Below, in pieces: positions 43,843 through 59,370 of a DNA stretch of 64,000 nucleotides. Under the pieces are notes generated by a model. The model saw only the letters and a list, made by a program, of their open reading frames with translations, was not told the DNA's origin and did no database searches. The stretch is taken from assembly GCF_009914755.1 (NCBI RefSeq), contig NC_060934.1, one strand, 5' to 3'. A program made the translations under genes and the position numbers. This DNA is from the human T2T-CHM13v2.0 reference genome, Homo sapiens. Each line of letters begins with the position of its first letter. Positions within the stretch are counted from its first letter, which is position 1.

Positions 43843-45115
43843 TTTATAGAAGAGTTTTTATACCTTGACTGCACTGACTTTCAATTCCGTTGTGTGTCCA
43901 AGGGTTCAGTGGGACTATATGTTTTTCTTTGGGGTGGTAATCTGTACCAAAGAGATGCAGAATTCTTTTTCTCAAGAAGTTTCCAGTTCAATGAAATAAG
44001 AGCAGGAAACAGATCTTGTGAGCACATGTACTTACATTTTTATTGTTTTTATTGATTACAAATAAAATATGCAAACATCTTACATCTTACATCTATTTTT
44101 CTGTAAATTAAAATCTGTAAATAAAGCTCAGATTAAATGAGAAATAGAATATTTTATTTGACCAAGTTTCAACATAATCGTTTCAGCTTTTATGTGATTA
44201 AAAATAGTCAATCAAAAATATTCATTGAGATCCTCACACATTTAAGGTGATGATTTCAGTGTCACAGGGATGCAAAGAACTATAAGACCAAGCCCCTACT
44301 TTCCAGAGTTTTTATTTGCATATTTTTATTTATATATTATTCTGTAAAAGCCAATAAGTATTAAATGCCAAAGAGAAGTATTCTTCTGGTTTAAAAAAAA
44401 TTGTTCTGCATGTTCATAATCAAGAAGGATCAATTTGATCTGATCTGGTCACAGAGGACCTCAGAAATTTTGTATTTTAAAGAGAAGTTGGGAAGTTAAA
44501 AATGGCCTGAATACAAATTTGGGACTCAGAAGACGTATTTCATAGAATCCACTCTCTTAAATAAAGGAGGGTTATATGGGAATCATGGGAAATAAAGATT
44601 AGATGGTAAAGAACTTTGAAAGCCAAGGACATTATCCCACAGGCACTGCAGACCAATAGAAGGCTTTTGAGCAAGTAAATGATATAGTGAAGGCAGTAGG
44701 ACTGTCATCAGTAGGACCAACTGATGACAAAGTAGAAGAAGGATTGTGCAAGAAGCACACTGAAGACATGAAATTCTGCTAGTGGGGGCCATGCCGTGCT
44801 GGGCAGGAAGAGATAATTGCCTACTCCACAGGTTAAGGAAAAAAGCGAAGAATAAAAAGCTAATGAGAAACGTGTTATGATCCACCAACCAACTTGTTAC
44901 TAATGATTAGTGGTGAGCTGGTAACAAGGGATAAATTTTTAATTCAAAGAGGTTTAACAACAGTTCCATTTAATTTTAAAAAGTATGGGTCTTCTCATGA
45001 AAATAGTGACAAACAGGAAAGAAAGCTGTTTTTGTTCAAAATAAGTATTCTCGTATTTGTGAAGTATAATATGTACAAACAACCCAAACATTGTAGCTGG
45101 CAGTATGTATGTTAA

Positions 45116-45439
<324 letters not shown>

Positions 45440-47783
45440 TATGTTAATGTTTAAATTCAAGCAAATGGCTTTTTATTTAGTTGTTCTTATTAAAAATGCT
45501 AAGTATACCTAATAACGTCAAGAAAAATAACCCAGCCTTCACAATTTAATAATAAATATAAGCACAATTGATCACCATTCTATACGTATGGTGTTTCACT
45601 GAGCCTGTTTCTTCTAATAATAGCAACCAAAACGTGAATGAAAGAACACAAGAGAACACATTACTTATTAACCCATTCTTGAAGGGTGTTAGATGTAGAA
45701 TAAGGTCTAACTCATGGAAGGAGCCTGAGCTAATCCATGCTTTGCATTTAGGTTATACCTGTTTTCCTTTATCAACCAAAGTTGTCCTTTGTCAATTGAC
45801 GTTTTATATAAAGTACTCACAAAACTTGCTCTATGTTGGACATTTATTCTCCTAGAAATGTAAGAAATGTTCATTTGCAAAATACCTAATCCAGACAGGT
45901 TTTTCTTTTGTTGAGTGTGTTTTATGCAACATGTCAGGGTTTGAGTTTTTTGTTTTCCCAATTCATAACCTTTTCCACCATCACGTAAAAAGATGACTCT
46001 CTCACCATGTGGTTTCTCTGTCTGACCTAACATCAAATACGTGCAGTCTGTTCCAAGAATTGAAAGCTTAGCTTCCCTCTGGCTACTGAGGTCATATGTT
46101 TAAATTTTTAGGTCAACACATCCAATTAAAACAGGTTTGGTGCAGAATAGATGATAAAAGCTAGAAGTGTTACAAAGAACAAGATATTCACTCAAGTAAC
46201 ATATAAATTAGGGGAAAAATGGAAATTTACTATTGGTTCATGTTCAGAGTGTTGGACACTCTAAGTGAAATTCAACAACTGAAAAAAACATCTTTCAAGA
46301 TCACAGTAGAGGAATCCTTTACCCCTGGCAAGGTCCTGAATCATGAGCAGACATTATCTCTGGATTCGGAGGAGTAAATCATATCAAAGTAGATTTTAAA
46401 TCAAATCAAAGTAGACATTTTAGCAGTCTCATGGACTAACATAAAAGGTTTTGCATTCAGAATCTTTTGCAGAAGCTGTAAGGCAGAACATTTCAGGCAT
46501 CTGGCTGCTGCTTTATCTGGCTGGGCCTTTAGCCCCAGATCTTTTCTGTTTCTCGCATGGCCAGAACTGCAAGAGTTCTCCCTCATCCCTCTAGGGAGCT
46601 AGAGACCAAATTGGGGGGCTACGGGTATAAAAGAAGTTCAAGGACTAAGGGTCAAAGAACTGCGAAGAGCTGAGAGCTTCCTACCCATTACCCCTGTCTA
46701 AAGTTTGTAGTTAATATGAAATAAAAGTCTGCCTAGATTAATTTTGGAGTCCTTTTTTTTAAATAAGATGCAGTCCAATAAGCATAAATACTAGCTTTCT
46801 CAGGCACATATTTTGACATTTGATGAGCTCATGAAAGAAGAAATCAACCCCAGAGAAGGCTTGCAATGCTTCTAACGTATTAGTTAATATAGGAAGACTT
46901 CCCAGTGTATAGGTAAAGAAAGAAGAGTCTACTTTAATTTGCATTAAGAACCCGATGGTACCACAACAATAACTCTACTTTTGTGCAATTGCCTTAATTT
47001 TTCTGGGATGACTTGTGTATTCCCACCATTGTACTTTTACCCATGCTATTTTTCTTATTTCAAATATCCGTTAACCATCTCTCTACCAAACTATAAAACC
47101 TAGCCCCTTCACCTCCTTCAGGGTGCTTTCTCTGCCTCCCCCAATTCTATCCACTCTGATCTTCTCTCATTCTTCATCCACTTCCCATTCACTTGTACAG
47201 TGTGTGGTACATTATCCAGAGTAACTGGTATAAAGTAAATTAACACTGGAGTTACTCTTACCAGTGTGTTGTTTAATTGTGTTGTACTGGAAATGTGGTG
47301 CTCCTGAGGCCTATGTGAGTGAGAGATTTGCTTTCATTTAGGAAACCAAAGAGGAAGAGGCTATTCTACCCCCAGAGGGGTTTACATATTCACTCCCATT
47401 ACCTCAGCAAGAAGGAAAACACTAATCACACAAAGGGGAATGCAGCCATCAAAACAGTGGGCTCAGAGCACAGCAGAGAAACTGACAGGCAGAATTTGTA
47501 TCTTGAGAAAGTCCATAAGCAAAGACTAAGATAGAGGCCCTGAAGCAAGAAGCAAACTGCATTGCGCCCAGAGTAAATGATGAGAATATCTCAGGACACA
47601 CAGAAATAAATCTAGACTGGACAAGAGCTGTTGACAGAGCCTGCATGGCAATGGGTTATTTGTTCCTTAGTAGGGAGGAATCAAATGTTGATAAATCACT
47701 TGATCACCTCTTCAGTTCCTGACAGGACTGAAAATCTGTATGTTCTTATTGTGGAATTTGGGTCCAGTTGTTCTCAACAAATC

Positions 47784-47833
<50 letters not shown>

Positions 47834-48977
47834 CTTTAAGTTTTAGGGTACATGTGCACAATGTGCAGGTTTGTTACATATGTATACCTGTGCCATTAAC
47901 TCATCATTTAGCATTAGGTATATCTCCTAATGCTATCCCTCCCCCATCACCCCACCCCACAACAGTCCCCAGTGTGTGATGTTCCCCTTCCTGTGTCCAC
48001 GTGTTCTCATTGTTCAATTCCCACCTATGAGTGAGAACATGCGGTGTTTGTTTTTTTGTCCTTGCGATAGTTTGCTGAGAATGATGGTTTCCAGCTTCAT
48101 CCATGTCCCTATAAAGGACATGAACTCATCATTTTTTATGGCTGCATAGTATTCCATGGTGTATATGTGCCACATTTTCTTAATCCAGTCTATCATTCTT
48201 GGACATTTGGGTTGGTTCCAAGTCTTTGCTATTGTGAATATTGCCACAATAAACATACGTGTGCATGTGTCTTTATAGCAGCATGATTTATAGTCCTTTG
48301 GGTATATACCCAGTAATGGGATGGCTGGGTCAAATGGTATTTCTAGTTCTAGATCCCTGAGGAATCGCCACACCGACTTCCGCAATGGTTGAACTAGTTT
48401 ACAATCCCACCAACAGTGTAAAAGTGTTCCTGTTTCTCCACATCCTCTCCAACACCTGTTGTTTCCTGACTTTTTAATGATCGCCATTCTAACTGGTGTG
48501 AGATGGCATCTCATTGTGGTTTTGATTTGCATTTCTCTGATGGCCAGTGATGATGAGCATTTTTTTCATGTGTCTTTTGGCTGCATAAATGTCTTCTTTT
48601 GAGAAGTGTCTGTTCATATCCTTCACCCAGTTTTTGATGGGGTTGTTTGTTTTTTTCTTGTAAATTTGTTTGAGTTCATTGTAGATTCTAGATATTAGCC
48701 CTTTGTCAGATGACTAGGTTGCAAAAATTTTCTCCCATTCTATAGGTTGCCTGTTCACTCTGATGGTGGTTTCTTTTGCTGTGGAGAAGCTCTTTAGTTT
48801 AATGAGATCCCATTTGTCAATTTTGGCTTTTGTTGCCACTGCTTTTGGTGTTTTAGACATGAAGTCCTTGCCCATGCCTATGTCCTGAATGGTGTTGCTT
48901 AGGTTTTCTTCTAGGGTTTTTATGGTTTTAGGTCTAACATGTAAGTCTTTAATCCATCTTGAATTAATTTTTGTGTA
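47784..48977 (-). mobile_element. 5'-truncated L1 (L1PA4-like) with (TTA)n tail
   Basis: L1 3'UTR and ORF2 C-terminal frame 48014-48532; ~15 TTA units in tail. Confidence 0.96.
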
Positions 48978-50929
48978 TCAGCTTTCATGAGGTCCTCTGT
49001 TATCGTATATCAGAGGAATAATCTAAAGGGAGAACATATTGGTATACTGATTTCCAAAGTGGGAAAAGGACCATGCAAGCACACCCCAGCCCCAAAATCT
49101 AATTATCTTACCCAAACCTGCATTTCTCAGGATATTCTACTTTCATTACGTTGGCACTTTTCAACAGGATGACTTAGTTGCTTGTGTTTTATGGGTAGAT
49201 TCAGTCCTTCCATGGGTCCACACCCTCTCTAGGCATTCACATCTTGACGTTAATTCTTCCTCTAAGAGCTAAGACTAATTTCCTTTTGCACCAATCATCC
49301 CAATGCTTGATACACTTTAGGTTGTTGATGCTAATATTAACTTTCACATCTATTAGCTGCTTAGCTCATGCATGTTGGGACTCTTCAACTACATCATAAT
49401 CTCCTGATCTAAGACATAGGAACTCTATTTCCTGCTTTTGAAATCTTCCAAAGCCTGATAGTCCTCTACACATAGTGTCTGTTTTTGTTTAGTAACAAAA
49501 CATGTTTTTGTTCTCTACACAGGAACATGTTTTGTTTAATTAATGATTGAAGAAAAAAGGGTATAAAAGAACAAGTAAGTGCTGTAAAGGAATAACAAGT
49601 TCCTTTCAAGTTCTGATTTCTTGGAACTTCCAAATGGAGACATAGTAAAATTCAAATCCAATGAACTGCTTCAGGGGAGTATTATGGATTTGCATCTTGG
49701 AGTTTAAGAAGGCTGAAAATGCAGGATTGACGTTCATGGAGAAACATGTATGTATGAGCATCTTACTGTCTTTAGATGGTCTTCATGGTACTCATTGCCT
49801 TTCTCCAGGGGATGGAGGCTCTGTGATAAATAGGAACTGGATGCCTCACTTTGGCTTGGTCTGGGTAGTTCCTCAAGGATTAATATAGGTTGTTAACTCA
49901 TTGTTTAAGACACATTTCTCACTGAGCTGCATTTGTTATTGACCTTAGACCCCCGGGCTGTTATATACCATTGGAGTTAGGATGTAGATAGATACAGATG
50001 TATAAATACATATTTGTGGCCTAAAATAAAGTCTTCCCTCCACCTTGAAAATACAGCAAGAGGATAAACATAGACAGTCCCATAATAGAGGCAATGTTAC
50101 CCCGGAATAGTAAGAATATTCATCTTTTGGTATCATATTGTTATCTTCAAAATACATTGAAGAAATGTTTCATCTCCTCTAGGAAATATTAACTATCTGA
50201 TATTATGGAATACATAAAAGTTCCAAATATCTGAGAAAGAAACAAAATTGTTTTTCAGTAGGAGCTGCAGAGTAAAAATAAATACACACACACACACACA
50301 TGCACACACTCCCACACTCCCAAAACACAATGAGGTATTGATGTAATAGTTTATAAATAGAATGCTGATGGGGAAAAAAATGAGATTTGACTTACAGGAA
50401 CCGATAACAAAGAGTGTGAGATCTGGACTGATGTGGAAATTCAAGAACACATCAAAAAAGATTACCATAAATTATCTTCTCCTTCTACACAGTAATAATA
50501 GTGATGATGCAAGGAAAATGTATTTAAAGAAAGTTTTTCCCTTAAAATAATATATTACAAAATATGTTTTCATATGAACACTAAAATGAGACCATGAGTT
50601 GGAAAGGTCAAGCCATTCAAAAAGCTTATAATCACTCCTGGATTAATTAAGGTGGGGGCAACCTTCTAAAGTACAACCTTTAGAAGAAAAGAGAAACTAG
50701 GGCAGGGAATCTATTGTCTCCCCCAATTCATAAGTGCACTTTGCAAGAGAGAGTTTATTAAACTTTGCTATTAATCTCTTAACCATGCTGGCATCTAGAA
50801 TTGTTCACTGAAAAGAAGTCTCCAGATTCTATTTCTTCCATAGATTGACCCAGGAATGACTATAAGAAATCCTTTTTTTACTCTTCTAAGCTCACAACCT
50901 GTTCCTGTTCGCACCCTTAAATGTTAGTA

Positions 50930-51090
50930 TGGTTTACCAAGACCACTGGCTAAGCATTCTGACCCGGCACTAACCAACTGTGTGACCTTCGGCAAGCTCC
51001 TTCATTTTTCTGGGCCTCAGTTTCTTCATATTTAAAACAGAATGATTGAAACCCACAATTTTGAAAGTTCCTGGCAGTTCTTTAATTATG
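50930..51090 (+). mobile_element. MIR
   Basis: CTGTGTGACCTTCGGCAAG..CTGGGCCTCAGTTTCTTCAT. Confidence 0.75.
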
Positions 51091-52135
51091 ATTTTAAGAA
51101 ACTAATACATAACATAGATTACGAAACATTAGAGAAAATAGAATCTAGATCATTGTATTTCCATTTCAAGCTTTCTCCTCTTGGCAGTTCTGTCTCCTGA
51201 GAATCAGAGAAAAGGGAATCAAAGTGGCTTAACAAACTGTATTACATTGGATCAATAAATATTTACTGTATGGTTGAGTCAATGGGTGAATTGATCTCTT
51301 AGTGACTGTAAAAACTCTAAAGAAGCTAATAGAATTACCTGAAAATATAGTGTGAGTGGTAAGGAATGATTTACATTTATAAATTTCTCTTTCTTGTCCA
51401 TGAAAAGGTTACAATTATAGAAAAATAGATCTATTTGGATCACAATTCCACTCCATAGTCATTATTGCCTGTATGTCAGAGATAATGTGTTTTTGTGTTT
51501 TAAATGTTGGTGAATTGCACATATTTGGAATCTCCTGAAAAGGATAGGATGTCAGTGTTTGCACATAATAATTGTTGTGAAATATATGTGTTGTTTACAA
51601 GCTAACAAATGAGTAGTATTCACAACTGAACAAAAGATGTGGTCCTATTCATTCAATTTGCTACTAGTTGCTCCCCAGATATTAGTTTAAGTACAACCTT
51701 TAGCTAAAATTTCTATATTTAATTTTAGAAATAGCTGATTGTTTGAGTCAAGGAGCAATCTATGAAAGCTAAGTTGAAAACTGCCGATTTTGATCCATTT
51801 TGCTTTCAAGAGGGTATCTTTATGGGGAAGTCCAGAGTGCTAGAACTTGGATTGACCATTGCAAATAGGAGATGACAGTCCAAATAAGAGATGAGGAGAA
51901 CGCTCTGGCAGGGTGGAGATTGTGTCAGTAGTACTCAGGAAAGCTGACACACCAACACAAGTAACAGAAAAACAGCACACTGTCTCCCTCTCACATTCAG
52001 GCAAACCAGGGTAGTCACATGAGGCTCCAACAAGAAGGAGGATTGAGCAGGAAACAAACTAATCCAGAGACTCATTCTACAAAGCCAGCTCCAAATTATT
52101 TTGAAAATCAAATAACTAATGTGATGATTTGGTAA

Positions 52136-52472
<337 letters not shown>

Positions 52473-53359
52473 GGGTGGGGGGTCACATATCCACATATCC
52501 TGTCTAGCCGGAGCAAGATTTCCAAGATGTCCTTGTTCCTGTGAAAATTTGTCTGACTGTATATAATCTCACTAAGGACCTTTTCCTATCATACTTTCTA
52601 TCCACTTGACCGAATTTTCCTGTATACTGGCCCGCACTTGTGAATCCCTGCTCAGGGGATATTTTAACTAGTTTATGTCAGTATTTTTATAGCAAGCCCC
52701 TTACAACATTTTAAATGTTCTTTTTCAAAATTTAAATACATTGATGAAATCCATTGTTACATACCTTTTGGATATGGGTCCTTGGTGATGATCTCATATT
52801 CCTGTCTACCTGGGATATCAGAAAGGCTAATGCCTGAGATAGTTTTCCGAGATTATATTTTTTCATAGAAATATATAAGTTAAGGATAAGAAGGGAACTT
52901 AGCGATTATAGAGTCAAGGCTTCTCACTTTATAATTGAACAAATGGTTCATTATCTAGATTTTTTATTTTTACCAACCACCTCTCCCAATCCTTTCCAAT
53001 TCCAGTTAACAACCTTGTTATTGCATGTAATGAGTAATTTCCTCAGTCCTGCATATTCTTTCTCAGACTTTCAAGCAATCAATAAGCATTGTTGAGTACT
53101 CTTCATATTCTCTGAGCTATACTAGCTGGTCTAGGGAGCTGCTTTTATTTCATGGTGTTTTTCCCTAAAAGCGTAAAAATATGATACAAATAAGGTAAAA
53201 TAAAGGGAAGAATTGGAGCTCCCAGGTCATGACCTTCTTCTGTATTCTGCCAGTCTTTGCTTTCAATGAAAAAAGTGGTAAAATCTCAAATTTGCATTAA
53301 TACAAATACTGTGTAGAATTTAGAAAGAAGGAAGTGATGGTTTCTTTCTATTCAAGGGC

Positions 53360-53650
53360 AGTCAACTCACATCTGGAATAAAACATTCAGTCTTGGACTT
53401 CTCAATTTAAGAGGAGTTGGACAAGCTGGAATCTGTGCAGTAGATAATGAACAATTTCAAGACCACGTAGCATAAAGAAAGATGGAAGAAATAGTATAGA
53501 CTTAAACCTAAAGAAGAAAGACATAGGGGATAATGAAAGCTGTCTTCAAATATTCGAAGGCCTTGCAGTGCAACTATGTGAAAGAGGATTATGATTGATA
53601 TGTAACAGTTTGTCTCTAGAATCACCAAACCAAGGGTACCAATGAGGTCC
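53360..53650 (+). mobile_element. L3/CR1 3' fragment
   Basis: GACAAGCTGGA..AGAAGAAAG..GGGGA..ATGAAAGCTGTCTTCAAATAT.GAAGG CR1 signature. Confidence 0.7.
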
Positions 53651-54611
53651 CATCAACACCTGGAATTTATTTACCTGCTCTTCTCCACTTTTATAACTGC
53701 AGGATTTGACAGTTTATCAGGTTTGTCCTTCTTTATGTCTATGTGTCCTCAGGGCATTTTCTAGTTACTCATGATTTATCCCTCACATATTTTTCTGTTC
53801 TCACCTACATTGTCCATGAGCCCCATGGGGAAAGTAATTCAGGCTTACCTGTGCTGTTGGCAAAAACAATATTTTGTACCAAGGAAGTGGTCTCTCAATG
53901 CCCCAAAGCTTCAAAACCATTTTAATGCAAAAATCTATGGGTCCTCTAGGGTTAGCCTGAAGTTGCTGCCTGTATTTTGCTCTAGCTGAGGAGACAGTCA
54001 TTTCTCCCAGTAAAGCTTCAGACCAGGTTGCCGGGGCAGGACTGGAAATCAGTTTCTTTCCTCTCACACCCAAGGCAGCTCACCAGAGTTTATTCTTTTC
54101 CAAAAGCCCTTTCCTTCTGTAGAATATACTTACAGAATGTGACACCTAGGAAAGAAAGACCGAGACTGGCACTATCCTCACACACCCAAAGTCAGAAATG
54201 AGCTGTGATCACACAAAACTGGAACCCAGGAGTGGAAGATACCAGGAGATGTTTCAACCTAAGGAAAGATGAGGGTGTAACTGGGGCTTTTATAAGATCA
54301 AATGTGCAACCTTGAGAGTTTTGTCTCCATCACTGTTCCTGTTAGAGTATGTAGTCCAAGAGCACTAGGTTGGAAAGGTGTCTAAAAAGGATCCAAGCGG
54401 CAAATGAGTGGACTATATAGCCTCAAAGATGCCTTCCAACCCCAAGACCGTAGGGGGCTAAGGCTGTCTACTCCCCTGAATAGAGACTTAGGATGTTGAT
54501 AGAGCGATTAGCAGGTCTGTGATAACACGGTTATCACCACCTACCTAAAAACAAGCAAGAAATAAGAGGTCAGGATGTCTTTAGCTCCTCTTCTATATGT
54601 AGACTTAGCCC

Positions 54612-55041
54612 TGATAAAAGAAAAATTTTGACTGAATTAAATTTAAAGGAGCTTAATTGAGCAATGAACGATTTGCGAATCAGGCAGCCCCCAGAATCAT
54701 AGCAGATTCACAGAGACTCCAGCACAGCTACATAGTGGAAGAAGATTTACAGACCATAAAAGGGGAAATGACATACGGAAATTGAAGTGAGGTACAGAAC
54801 TGCTGGATTGGTTACAGCTGGGCGTATGCCTTATTTGCACACAGTTTGAACACTCAGCAGTGTATGAATGGTTGAAGTGTGGCCGCTGGCATTGGCCAAG
54901 ACTTAGCTATTGTTACAGGTACATACTACTAAGTTAGGTTTTCAGTTTTGTCTGCCTATTAAGCTGGTTACAGTTCAACCACAAGGACTCAAATATAGAA
55001 GTACCGAGTCCTCCTCAGGACATATTTAGTTTGCTTTAACA
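54612..55041 (-). mobile_element. MER57 solo LTR (ERV1)
   Basis: Ends CATATTTAGTTTGCTTTAACA; TTAATTGAGCAATGAACGATT; two ATTGG boxes; 4-bp TSD GCCC at 54608-54611 and 55042-55045. Confidence 0.9.
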
Positions 55042-55149
55042 GCCCTGTTTCTCCAAGTTTAATGCATAGACACTGTATCTGAATCACTTGTGGAGCTTAC
55101 TAACAATATCGATTCTTGTAAGGAGAGCATTGGAACCACTGTCTTTAAC

Positions 55150-55358
55150 GCTATGTTATCTAATATAACTTTCTGAGATGAGGAAAGAGTTCCCTGTCTC
55201 TGCTGTCCAATGCAGTAGCCACACGAAAGTCACAGGAGCCTGTTGATCATTTCAAATGTGGGTTGTGAGACTAACGAAATGAATTTTTAAGTTTTAGTGT
55301 TAATTTAAATTTACATAGCCCCATGTGGCTGGAGGCTACGATGTTGAACCAGGGCAGT
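55150..55358. mobile_element. MER3-like DNA transposon
   Basis: AACTTTCTG.GATGA.GAAA..TGCTGTCCAAT.CAGTAGCCAC..TTAATTTAAAT..ATGTGGCT. Confidence 0.75.
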
Positions 55359-57142
55359 TCTAAAGTCTAAGAAGGAGGAAATTTTGAGAGAAGTAAGTTT
55401 GATTTGCACAGAAGAAAGGGTGGATCACTAAAGCAAAATTACAGCAAGGATATAGCAAGAATTAAAGAGAATTTTAACAGGAAGGGATCTTGGAGGTCAT
55501 CTAGTAAAATAGCCCTTAACCTTTCTGAGGTTTTGAAACCCTTTGAGAATGGCTGGAAGCAAATGAATATTCTCAGTAAGATGCTCCTACTAATTCATGT
55601 ATAATCAATTCATACGAGGTTTTAGAGGTGGAGGGTTAGAGAATTCCCAAAACTCATCCATTGTCTTCTTGCCAAACCATAAATCCCTGATTGGGAATTC
55701 TCAATAGAGCAAAATACCCCTAAGTCTGCGGACAAGAAAACTAAAACACAGAGTTCCAGGACTGGCCCACAGCCATTCATTTGTCAGCAAACTTGGCTTC
55801 CGTTATCTTTCCCTTCTGTCCTCTGTACACCTTTCTCTACCTTGGGTCATGGAGAAAGGAAACTACATGATGTATGTATATGGATAGGAGAACCAGCTAA
55901 GTGCTAAGATTTATACACAAAAGTTGGGGTTTCAGCTGATTGTGTTAGAATGAACACACTAGGATTTGTGTGGAAGTGCAGTATTTGTGCAACATTTAAC
56001 CTTATTCTGTTTTTGGAAATAAAGGTGCATTTGCTCCATATTCCAAGTGCAGGAAGAACAATAAAGTGTTTTTGATTACGCTCCCTTTGTCATATAAGAA
56101 TAAAATGTAGTTTAAATGAGTCAATAAAGAGAAGTCTCTCTCTTCACTGTTTGATTAGGGGATCTTTTATGTAATTGATTTTCCAAGTTCTCAGTCATAT
56201 TGCGGAAGGATCCCAATACATTTCAAGAGTATTAACTGTTAAAAATAGTTTTCAGTTGCTGGGTAAATACCAATTTGCAGCAACTGGGAAGAAAAATTTA
56301 GCATGACTGTTTACATACATTGTAGAGAGAATATTAACATCACCTTGAGATATCTGTTGTTTGCTTGTATGTGTGAAGAGAGAAAAGAAAAGCCAATGCT
56401 TAATACAACACTTGCAACTCACATTTACTATTGTATGTTCATAAATATTAATCTGGAGAGATAATTAGCTCTATAAATTTTACAATTAGCCTTTCAGAAG
56501 AGAAGTGGATGCTAATAAAATAAGGCATGCTTTCAAGCTGCACCACTGCAAATGCTTTTACTCTCACAACTCTGAGGCAGGGCCTGTCTTTGTTTAATCT
56601 TTTCCTGAAATAGGCTTGCTTTACACTTATTCCCTTTCTCCCTTGAGACAATAACTTGCAACAGGGAAAATAGGTTTCTATTCTCAAAATCTGGTTACCA
56701 TCTATTTTTTAATTTTTTTCTTTTTTCTCTGGAATATCCTGGAATAACAAAAAGGCCATGTTTGACCCTCTAGGAGACTGCTCCAATTCAGGCCAAATGA
56801 AACTTACATGTTTCAGAGATTGCTTGGGTGAAATCAAGATGTTTGCATTTGCGTGCTCTTCTGTATGCATTGATTTGAAACACATACCCTAGTCCTTAAA
56901 TCTGAGACTTACATCCTACAATTAATGTCATTTACAAATTAAAAAGATGTTCATGAAAAAGTGTGTCATTTTCCCCTTTGAAGCTTGTCATTTTGGAAAG
57001 TTCAAGGGAAGCTATGCCGTGTAGTGGGAAAACTGCTGGAAGCCTGCAATGCTGAGTTCCAACCTAATCATGCTCACTACCTGGGTGAACCTGGGCACAC
57101 CACGTAATTTTTTTTCCTTGAAATTAGAATCATCAGTTTGAT

Positions 57143-57320
57143 CATTGGGTTCCTAACCTGAATATACACTAGAATTTGCTAAAATACAGATCTCAGAACC
57201 CATCTCCAGCATTACTAAATCAGAATTTCTAAGAAGTGTGGCCCATTAATGTGTATTTTGAACACGTTTTCCTGGTGGTTCTTACAGTCAGGAGGAACCA
57301 GGTGGATTGTATACGGCAGC
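57143..57320. mobile_element. MER5B-like DNA transposon
   Basis: AAAATACAGAT..TACTAAATCAGAATTTCT..GTGTATTTT..GGTGGTTCT. Confidence 0.6.
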
Positions 57321-57953
57321 TAGAACACATAGTGGCCTTTAATGTTTCTTCCTGCTCTGAATGTCTAAGACCTAAACATGCCAGTGGATTGATGCAGGGT
57401 ACAGGGAGGAGGCCTTTGGAAGAAAGAGGTTGCTAGGCTGGTTTCTGCAAACAAAGTACAAAACATGAGCAGAACCAGAGGTGCCCCTTTAGAAATGATC
57501 AAAACTGAGGCCCAGAGAGGGTTTGTCCTAGTATCCGTGTCTTTAACCACTTTGTCATGCTACTATTTGGTGAAGGGAGAGAAAAAGGAAAGAAAGGGAG
57601 TTCACATCACCAAGTAGAAGGAGAAAGCAACAGACCACCCTTGGGCAGAGTCCACATATTGTGTAGCCCGCATGGGGATTTATCAAAAATTACATGCAAC
57701 AAAATGTCGATAGGACATGCATAATCCACTTGCTCCATTGAATGATAACCAACCTGCTTCACTCATTTCACTCCTATATATTTTCCTACTTGAACCCAAA
57801 CGCATTTGCATTTGAAATCACTCTTAGCACATCTCGGTAGGATCCCTTGAAACCTCTGCCAGACAACTTCAGGGGAACAGAAGAGGCAAGTCCTTGCTAC
57901 ACAATTAAAGTGTTCAGAAGCCTTCCCAATTATTTTAACTCATCGGTCGTGGC

Positions 57954-58037
57954 AAAATAAACATCTTTCACATAGCAATAAACATAAAAATAGAATAACA
58001 TAAAATAAACATCTTTAACATAACAATAAACATAAAA
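57954..58037 (+). repeat. Imperfect 36-bp direct duplication
   Basis: AAAATAAACATCTTT(C/A)ACATA(G/A)CAATAAACATAAAA at 57954-57989 and 58002-58037. Confidence 0.9.
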
Positions 58038-59370
58038 TCCTTTTTTTGTTGTTTGTTTGTAAGTAAATTGTAGAGATCTATCTGTCCTTGTCCCTTTTCA
58101 AGACAAGTCCTAGGAGCAGGAAATACCAAAACTATCCACGTTAGCCCTAGAATTGCATTCTGAGAATTCCAGCTCAACTCTTTCCTTGCTCTTTGTTTGA
58201 ATTCCCCTGGTAATTTTACTACTAAAGAAGCTCACTTAGCCAAATTCAAGAGGAGAAATGAGGGCTTGACTACTGTGTAAAACTAGCTTATGGCTCTGTG
58301 GGCTTGGTGAGCAAGATCCCAGGGCATGTTATAAATAGATACCCGCAGATTTGGGAAAAGGTTTACAAGATTTTCCAGCCCAAGCACATGTTAACTGCTC
58401 CCCCTCCGCCCACTCACCAAGAAGGAGGAATTGTGAGAAAAGGTAAAGATGTAATTTTTTTTTTTTTACATAATGTTTTAGCTGTCTTGAAGATGAAGGC
58501 ATGATCCCTTCTAACAGACTGTGTTAAAGAAGCATAAATGTTTCCACCAACTGAGCCAGCAGGCCTAAAATTGTGCATGTTTGGCAACGGGCAGTCTCTC
58601 AGACGCTGATGGCCCCGTGACCCATTACCCCAAATCCCAGGGCAGCTTGAGACACCCTGGTGTCTTCAGGGGATTGGAATTTGGAACTTGGAGCCACAGG
58701 AGAGAAAGAAACTCCTTCAACCTTGAGGAAGACTATTTCCTAACAGGAACAAGCAGGTGAATGAGACCAGTGACCCTAGCTCCAACCTTGTCCCACACTG
58801 GCTGAGAGACCCTAAAGCTGTCACTTACTCCTCTGGGCCTCAGATGAACCTGGCAGCTCTGGCATTCTGTGAACTTGAGGTTGGTCCAAAGGGCTATTAA
58901 AGGGCGTATTGGGATTGTACCACCCTGGGATACCCAGAAGCCTCTGGTGGCACTCTGGCTGTCACCTCAGGATTTACCTCAGAGCAGCCATGCTCAATAT
59001 GGTGGTGGGGTGGGTCAGACTAGCAAGGAGGCATCTCTTGGAGGGATTGTAGATGACTCAAGTTTGTTCCTGATAGTTAATGTACTCTGATATTTCAAAT
59101 GGCATTAAAGAAGTATATGAGATTTACATTTTTACCAAAATAGGTCAAGGGGTAAAAAGGCTAAACAATGTTACAGCAAAGCCATTAATTGAACAATGAA
59201 CCCTAGAGCTATTCTCAAGGTATTCCAGACTTGGAGCACTCCATTCGGAAACAGACTCCTCTATCCTATTCTGGTGTGGATGCCAGTATTCACAGAGTAC
59301 CACCCACTTATGTTGAAGTGCCAGTTTAAACTCTCCTTGATGTTTCCATGCACATCAACTTACCCGGTCC

